A stretch of DNA of 32,000 bases from Methanopyrus kandleri AV19. Lineage in GTDB: Archaea > JAADCQ01 > Methanopyri > Methanopyrales > Methanopyraceae. The stretch's first letter is position 1, and each line of letters starts with the position of its first letter. The translations under genes were made by a program, and so were the position numbers. The stretch is taken from contig NC_003551.1 in the NCBI RefSeq assembly GCF_000007185.1, forward strand, positions 600,001-632,000. Direction: 5' to 3'. This document shows positions 27,780-32,000 of the stretch, one piece after another. The notes under the pieces are model-generated. The model had not been told where the DNA came from and ran no database searches. It worked only from the letters and a program-made list of their open reading frames with translations.

Positions 27780-28313
27780 TCATCGGGGGATTAAGGTAAT
27801 CATCAGCACGTACGTGAGTAATGTCCCGCCCGCGACACCCACCGCCACTTGATAACCCGTGTGGGCGTTCAACTTCAGCCTCGCCCAACAGACGACCGCC
27901 GTCACGATCGACCAGGGTATCCCCGCCCACCATTCCCCCAACCACGCGATCGCGCCCATGACGGTGCCCATCGAGGCCGCGTGAATGCTGATTTTCCAGA
28001 ACCTGGTCACTCCGGCCACCGCCATCGCGGCTATCGCGTAAGTTAACATCAGGCAAACCATGGGGCGCGTGACTCCTACCTTGCACATCACTAGGGCGCC
28101 GATGGCGTGGTAGATAGCACCGACCGTCAGGAGTGGTAGCCGGTCCCGTCTCTTGGAGACGAACACATCGGTGCCCTTCACCCGGATGTAAACTGCTGCC
28201 GTGAGTATCACTAACAGTACTCCGAAGAACAGCCCCAGCGCTGTACCCACCACGTCCCCGTACTTCTTGCCTACGAGGATGACGGTGGCCGCCTCGGCGG
28301 TCGACGGGTTCAC
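27780..28313 (-). CDS. Polytopic membrane protein, PAP2-like phosphatase family
   Basis: KGTDVFVSKRRDRLPLLTVGAIYHAIGALV...; several TM segments. Coding signal (GGVGAIERVAKAVSLVV) continues upstream of the GTG at 28313, so the start is uncertain. Confidence 0.55.
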   Translation of the reverse strand: MNPSTAEAATVILVGKKYGDVVGTALGLFFGVLLVILTAAVYIRVKGTDVFVSKRRDRLPLLTVGAIYHAIGALVMCKVGVTRPMVCLMLTYAIAAMAVAGVTRFWKISIHAASMGTVMGAIAWLGEWWAGIPWSIVTAVVCWARLKLNAHTGYQVAVGVAGGTLLTYVLMITLIPR

Positions 28314-28362
28314 GACCAGAGAGACCGCCTTGGCGACCCGCTCGATCGCGCCAACACCCCCG

Positions 28363-28776
28363 TCACTCCCTGCTGACCAGGACCGCTCCTATCACTATCA
28401 GTATGCACCCGACCACCGTCTCGACGCTAGGCCGCTCCCTCAGGGCCAGGATGGAAAACAGTGTCGCGAACAGCGGATACGTGCTCGACAACGGCACGAT
28501 CCTGGAGGCCTGCCCAGAGCTGAGGGCTAGGTAGTAAAGGTACAGCCCCAACCCTCCGGCCAGTATCCCGCCGACGATCATGTAGCCGACGTATTTCAGG
28601 CCACCCACCTGCGACCTACCGACGGCCAGACACACCACCGCGAGGAACGCCACCGCCGCCAGGCTCCGGATCAGGGTGGCCGTCATGGGGTCCATTCCAC
28701 GTAGCCCGACTTTCTCGATCACCGGCGCTAGGCCCCACAGTAACGCCGCCAACAGTGCGTACGTCTCCGCCTTCAT
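28363..28776 (-). CDS. Single-EamA-domain membrane protein (DMT transporter half-size)
   Basis: 137 aa, about 5 TM; YALLAALLWGLAPVIEKVGLRGMDPMTATLIRS; SSTYPLFATLFSILALRERPSVETVVGCILIVIGAVLVS. Confidence 0.8.
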   Translation of the reverse strand: MKAETYALLAALLWGLAPVIEKVGLRGMDPMTATLIRSLAAVAFLAVVCLAVGRSQVGGLKYVGYMIVGGILAGGLGLYLYYLALSSGQASRIVPLSSTYPLFATLFSILALRERPSVETVVGCILIVIGAVLVSRE

Positions 28777-29018
28777 CCCACGAACTCCACCCTTTTCACC
28801 CGTAGTACCTTCAGCCGCTCGGTCGGGACACCTTCCTCGGGCTCCTCGTAACCCGCCAGCACCTCGACCTCTTCGTGCGGCTCCAGCTCTCGACGCTCCT
28901 CGAGCACGAGGTCGCCTTCCCGGATCAGCATGGCGAGCTTCCGCTTCACATTCGCGCTCCCTATTCTGATCTCCAGCTCCTCACGCTCCCCCTCCAGCCT
29001 GACTCGGTTGAACTGCAA
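28773..29018 (-). CDS. Small basic/acidic uncharacterised protein
   Basis: 81 aa, TTG start directly abutting the SepSecS stop and overlapping the downstream EamA start by 4 nt, i.e. tight operon packing. Confidence 0.6.
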   Translation of the reverse strand: MQFNRVRLEGEREELEIRIGSANVKRKLAMLIREGDLVLEERRELEPHEEVEVLAGYEEPEEGVPTERLKVLRVKRVEFVG

Positions 29019-30314
29019 TCACTCACCCTCCAACTCCCGCTCGAGCCTTTCGACGGCCGTTTTGACGTCCTCCTCTCGGACACCGATGGCAGCGTTGATG
29101 GTGATGTAGTTCGAATGGTACCCCCGGAGCCGGCTGGTTCCGAACGGATCGTCCGCACGAACACCCCTCGGTCCCGTGACCCTCCTCACGTACAGCCTGG
29201 CCGCGAGGTCCACGGGGTCGTGCCCTTCCACGGCGACCGCCGAGGCTATCGGGTTATCCACGTCGAGCACGCGGACGTCGTCTCGACGGGCCTCGAGATC
29301 CTCCAACAGCTCGTCCAAAAGCGCTTTGCACTCCTTCTGCCTCCGCATCAGGCGCCGGTATCCCTTCATCCCCAAGGAGAGCAGCGAGATTAACGCGTGG
29401 GCCACCGGTGCCGCGCTGGCGCGACCAGGATAAGCCCTGGAAACCTCCCGGAGCGTCTCCTCGTCCGGCGCGTACACGATCCCTCCACCCACGGGTGTTA
29501 GGAGGTTCTTGTCCGTCGAGCTTACGACCACGTCCACGCGCCCTCGCTTGATCGCTCGGTTCAGTAGATCTCGGTACTGCTCGTGCTGGATCCCGTAGGC
29601 GGCGTTCACGACGTGAGGGACCCCGTACTCCTCGCAGAGTTCGGCGATCTCGGGCAGCGGATCGCTGCTTCGCGGTGGGAAGAACGTCAGCGTGCTCAGC
29701 ACGGCAGCCGGGGACTCCGAGCGCTCCAAGGCCTCCTCCACATCCCCTGGGTCCACCACGATCCTGTCACCCTCGATCTCCGTGTCCACCACCCTCATCC
29801 CGAAGCCGGCCAGTCGCACGGCTTTAATCGGACTCTTGTGGGCGGCGTACGGATAGATCACCTCCTCGCCTTCACCCAACGCCGACAGGCACAGCGCTAT
29901 CGACAGTCCCGTAGCACCGGGTACCACGAAGGCACCTTCGATCCGGAACCCGAGCCTCCGGAGGAAGTCCGTGACCAGCCTGTTCGTTAACGCGTACATT
30001 ATCGAGGCGCCCGGAGCCTTCGGCTGTGGATCCACGAGCGTCCCGCTCCTACCCACACCGTGGCAGAACCCGAACACGGACTCCTCCGCAAGCCTTGAGG
30101 CTACCCGGGCTTCCCTCTCCCCGATACGTGCCGCCTTGGGGTCCTTGTCGGTGTCCATCCTCGACAGCTCCCACAGGAACGTCGCGATGACGTCGTCCGG
30201 CCAGCCCTCCTCCGGCATCCTACGCTCGCTGAGGAGTCGTTCCACGGGTTCCCTGTAGGAGTCGAGCACGGTACGCCCACGCTCCAGCATGTGGTCGGGG
30301 ATGAGTCCCCGCAT
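29019..30314 (-). CDS. spcS: O-phosphoseryl-tRNA(Sec) selenium transferase (SepSecS)
   Basis: MRGLIPDHMLERG...MDTDKDPKAARIGEREARV, GFCHGVGRSGTLVDPQPKAPGASIMYALTN, YPYAAHKSPIKAVRLAG, VVVSSTDKNLLTPVGGGIVYAP, YPGRASAAPV, RVTGPRGV. The supplied ORF extends to 30473, but homology-like sequence begins at 30314. Confidence 0.94.
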   Translation of the reverse strand: MRGLIPDHMLERGRTVLDSYREPVERLLSERRMPEEGWPDDVIATFLWELSRMDTDKDPKAARIGEREARVASRLAEESVFGFCHGVGRSGTLVDPQPKAPGASIMYALTNRLVTDFLRRLGFRIEGAFVVPGATGLSIALCLSALGEGEEVIYPYAAHKSPIKAVRLAGFGMRVVDTEIEGDRIVVDPGDVEEALERSESPAAVLSTLTFFPPRSSDPLPEIAELCEEYGVPHVVNAAYGIQHEQYRDLLNRAIKRGRVDVVVSSTDKNLLTPVGGGIVYAPDEETLREVSRAYPGRASAAPVAHALISLLSLGMKGYRRLMRRQKECKALLDELLEDLEARRDDVRVLDVDNPIASAVAVEGHDPVDLAARLYVRRVTGPRGVRADDPFGTSRLRGYHSNYITINAAIGVREEDVKTAVERLERELEGE

Positions 30315-30690
30315 GTCCTCCGGGTCCAGCAAGGTCGACACCCCGGTCGTCGAGCTACGTGGGAAGTCGAGAGCCGTCTCCCGTGAGGTACTCCTGGCGC
30401 TCGAGGAGCTCGAGGAGCTGAACGTTAAAGTCGTGAGCGCTGGGGTCGACCTCGGCGAGGAGGACCGGCCCACGTTCTACGCGGCTCGATTCCTGGACCT
30501 TCCCGAGCTCGAGGTCGACCGGAGAACGGCCGTCCGGTTGCTCCAGGGGGAGGAAATCCCGGTGGACGCGAGGCCGGGCCATTACCGGGTGATCGTCGGG
30601 AACGTGGTCCTGGGTGTGGGGAAAGTCGGTCGTGACGGGAAACTCCGATGCCGTGCACCGAGGAAGTACGCGAGACTCAGGTTGTGGTGA
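30313..30690 (+). CDS. Small PUA-like/NOL1-NOP2 C-terminal-like putative RNA-binding protein
   Basis: YAARFLDLPELEVDRRTAVRLLQGEEIPVDARPGHYRVIVGNVVLGVGKVGRDGKLRCRAPRKYARL; adjacent to the RNA methyltransferase gene. Start at 30313 uncertain. Confidence 0.6.
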   Translation: MSSGSSKVDTPVVELRGKSRAVSREVLLALEELEELNVKVVSAGVDLGEEDRPTFYAARFLDLPELEVDRRTAVRLLQGEEIPVDARPGHYRVIVGNVVLGVGKVGRDGKLRCRAPRKYARLRLW

Positions 30691-30693
30691 GCG

Positions 30694-31617
30694 ATGAGGT
30701 ACGTGGAAGAGTTCCGTGAGCGTTTGGAGCGGATCTTCGGTGACCGTGCCGAGGACGTGTACCGGTACCTGTTGGAGGGTCGTCCACCCACTTACGTCCG
30801 GGTGAACACGCTGAAGGCGGACGTCGAGGAGGTTGTGGAGAACCTCGAAACGGCGGGAGTCGAGCTCGCCGAAACCCCACTATCGTACGCCTTCCGTGTC
30901 CTCAGTAGTCCCGGGCCGCTGGGTTCCTCGCTGGAACACGTGGCCGGTTACCTTTACCTTCAGGACCTGGCTTCGATGGTCCCCCCGGAGCTCCTTGACC
31001 CGGAACCTCCGGGTCCCGTGATAGACCTGTGCGCGGCCCCCGGGAGCAAAACCACGCAGTTAGCACAGCTGCTCGGCGGCGAGGGCGTCGTACTGGCCGT
31101 CGACGCCGACCCTCGGCGCGTCCGGGCTCTGGTTCACAACGTGAACAGGCTGGGATGTGTCAACGTGATCGTGGCACACGCCGACGCGGCACGTCTGCGT
31201 ATCAGCGCCCCTTTCCTCCTGCTGGATCCCCCGTGCTCGGGTGAGGGCACCCTGCACCGAGATCCACACGCCCTACGTACCTGGACTCCGAAGAAACCCG
31301 GGAGGTTCGCCCGGACGCAGCTGCGCCTCCTGAGGGCCGCCCTGAGGATGCTGCCGCCGGGCGGCCGTCTGGTGTACTCGACCTGTACGTTCTCCGTCGA
31401 AGAGAACGAGCTGGTGATCCACGAGGCTCTAGGGAACGACGACAGGTACCGGATAGTCCCGTCCGTCCCACGGTGGCTCGAACCTCACACCGTCCCCGGG
31501 CTAACCGAGTGGGAAGGGAGGGAGCTCCGGGAGGACCTGAGGCACGCCTTCAGGATCGATCCGGCCAGCCTAGAATCCGACGGTTTTTTCGTCGCGGTAA
31601 TCGAGCGTCGCCACTGA
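30694..31617 (+). CDS. NOL1/NOP2/Sun family RNA m5C methyltransferase
   Basis: YVRVNTLKAD, LYLQDLASMVPPELLD, VIDLCAAPGSKTTQLAQLL, LLLDPPCSGEGTLHRDP, LRAALRMLPPGGRLVYSTCTFSVEENE. Confidence 0.93.
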   Translation: MRYVEEFRERLERIFGDRAEDVYRYLLEGRPPTYVRVNTLKADVEEVVENLETAGVELAETPLSYAFRVLSSPGPLGSSLEHVAGYLYLQDLASMVPPELLDPEPPGPVIDLCAAPGSKTTQLAQLLGGEGVVLAVDADPRRVRALVHNVNRLGCVNVIVAHADAARLRISAPFLLLDPPCSGEGTLHRDPHALRTWTPKKPGRFARTQLRLLRAALRMLPPGGRLVYSTCTFSVEENELVIHEALGNDDRYRIVPSVPRWLEPHTVPGLTEWEGRELREDLRHAFRIDPASLESDGFFVAVIERRH

Positions 31618-31690
31618 CAATTTAGTGTACGACCGTCACCCTCCGAGTGGGACTTAATCACGTCCACCTCCACTCTCTGCGGGTGATCAC

Positions 31691-32000
31691 GTGGCAGGAG
31701 ACAACGAAGCGACCGAAGTCGACAAGCGCGATATCGCCCTACTCCGCGCCTTAGAGGGCCTGAGCAGGGCCTTCGAGTGGGTTCCCGAGGACAAGCTGCT
31801 GGAACGGTTGCCGATGGATTACTCGGAGCTGGCAACCCGGCTGGAGAAGCTGGATTCCCTGGGGCTGATCGATTACCGGTACATACCGACGTACCAGACC
31901 TACGCCGCCAGGATGAAGGAGCGGGCCTACGACACCCTCGCTCTGTGGGACATGAAGAAGCACGACGTCTACGAGCGGCTCGGAACGATCATAGGCGAGG
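31691..32000 (+). CDS. rio2: Rio2-type serine/threonine protein kinase, N-terminal winged-helix part (continues beyond window)
   Basis: Manual translation KRDIALLRALEGLSRAFEWVPEDKLLERLPMDYSELATRLEKLDSLGLIDYRYIPTYQTYAARMKERAYDTLALWDMKKHDVYERLGTIIGE; open to right edge. Confidence 0.8.
   Translation, partial: MAGDNEATEVDKRDIALLRALEGLSRAFEWVPEDKLLERLPMDYSELATRLEKLDSLGLIDYRYIPTYQTYAARMKERAYDTLALWDMKKHDVYERLGTIIGE

Noticed and set aside
28363-28776. Considered as a frameshift-truncated 10-TM DMT transporter
   Set aside because: The 137-aa protein has a complete single EamA unit with normal start and stop and tight operon neighbours; half-size EamA proteins are known, and I see no second half.
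1-32000. CRISPR arrays, transposons, tRNA or rRNA genes
   Set aside because: No regularly spaced repeats, transposase motifs, terminal repeats, or tRNA/rRNA signatures were seen by eye; tRNAscan-SE and CRISPR finders were not run.

Overview
This 32 kb window looks like a chromosome segment of a hyperthermophilic, GC-rich methanogen. Gene content and acidic protein composition resemble Methanopyrus kandleri; that assignment is recall, no search was run. Core content is a complete mcrBDCGA cluster (11026-16281) followed on the same strand by an mtrE-D-C-B-A-G-H cluster (16411-21286) with no mtrF between mtrA and mtrG. Divergent from mcrB is a minus-strand operon: mmp10-like radical SAM (McrA arginine methylation) -> unknown protein -> hypF. 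Flanking genes include rpl40e, GGGP synthase, dph6-like ATPase, a very acidic Ser/Asp-rich protein, a pilin-like protein with a class III signal, a large CobN/BchH-type metallochelatase split into two head-to-head genes, an Mmp14-like protein, a DUF2115-like protein, a core MetE-type methionine synthase, PAP2-like and EamA-like membrane proteins, SepSecS, a NOL1/NOP2/Sun rRNA methyltransferase with a companion RNA-binding-like protein, and a partial Rio2-type kinase. The most notable signals are three apparent frameshifts (about 700, 21301-21307, 27610-27640), the divergent CobN split, head-to-head start codons sharing bases at 30312-30315, TTG-dominated initiation in the mtr cluster, TATA-like boxes in front of individual mcr genes, and an AT-rich repeat-containing island at 4440-4680. 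I saw no CRISPR array, transposon, rRNA or tRNA. I did not find a convincing wholly new multi-gene defence-type system.
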